Source of the DNA: Octopus sinensis
Lineage: Eukaryota
Assembly: GCF_006345805.1 (NCBI RefSeq)
Contig: NC_042997.1
Span: 85,746,001-85,810,000 of the forward strand
Direction of reading: 5' to 3'
DNA length: 64,000 bases
Position numbers and translations under genes: made by a program. How positions within the stretch are numbered: position 1 is the first letter of the stretch; every line of letters starts with the position of its first letter. This document shows, one piece after another, positions 63,841 through 64,000 of the stretch. Under the pieces are notes generated by a model that had not been told where the DNA came from, ran no database searches, and worked only from the letters and a program-made list of their open reading frames with translations.

Positions 63841-64000
63841 AATATTAATATTTGCAACATATGTGACAAGCACACATCAAACAGCTGAATCAAATTACCG
63901 AATACGCTCCATGTTCACCACCATAGTCTCTTTTGATTTCATTGGAAATATAATAAAGCATTTTTTCTTTGTTTTCTTTTATTTGAAGTCGAAGTAATCT

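Overview
This is AT-rich, microsatellite-dense eukaryotic DNA. Its SINE/LINE repertoire looks like an octopus (cephalopod) genome, an inference from remembered repeat families rather than a search. It is mostly transposon debris, and none of the long computed ORFs is a host gene. Non-LTR retroelements: a near-complete L1/Tx1-clade LINE (~39.4-43.6 kb, minus) lying next to a near-complete R2-Hero/NeSL-type LINE (~43.7-47.2 kb, minus), several RTE fragments, an R4/Dong-like tail and four Penelope-like fragments. Up to four degenerate hammerhead-ribozyme motifs are present, three just downstream of Penelope endonuclease remnants. DNA transposons: a Tc1 with IR/DR ends, a fold-back mariner, a Tigger/pogo, hAT and piggyBac MITEs and several unclassified MITEs. 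At least four tRNA-derived SINE families and a V-domain SINE remnant occur. Host genes are visible only as short candidate exons: several plus-strand exons of an unidentified gene ending near 33-34 kb, and a first plus second coding exon (53883-53929, 59803-59867) of another plus-strand gene. CpG decay in copies of the same SINE families is heavy left of ~34 kb and weak to the right, consistent with a methylated gene body ending there. The most unusual items are a Penelope GIY-YIG endonuclease split by a ~350-nt low-complexity insert, the hammerhead candidates, and the Tx1 element that appears to split an LTR-like segment beside the Hero element. All elements carry stops or frameshifts. Boundaries are approximate unless TSD/TIR coordinates are given.
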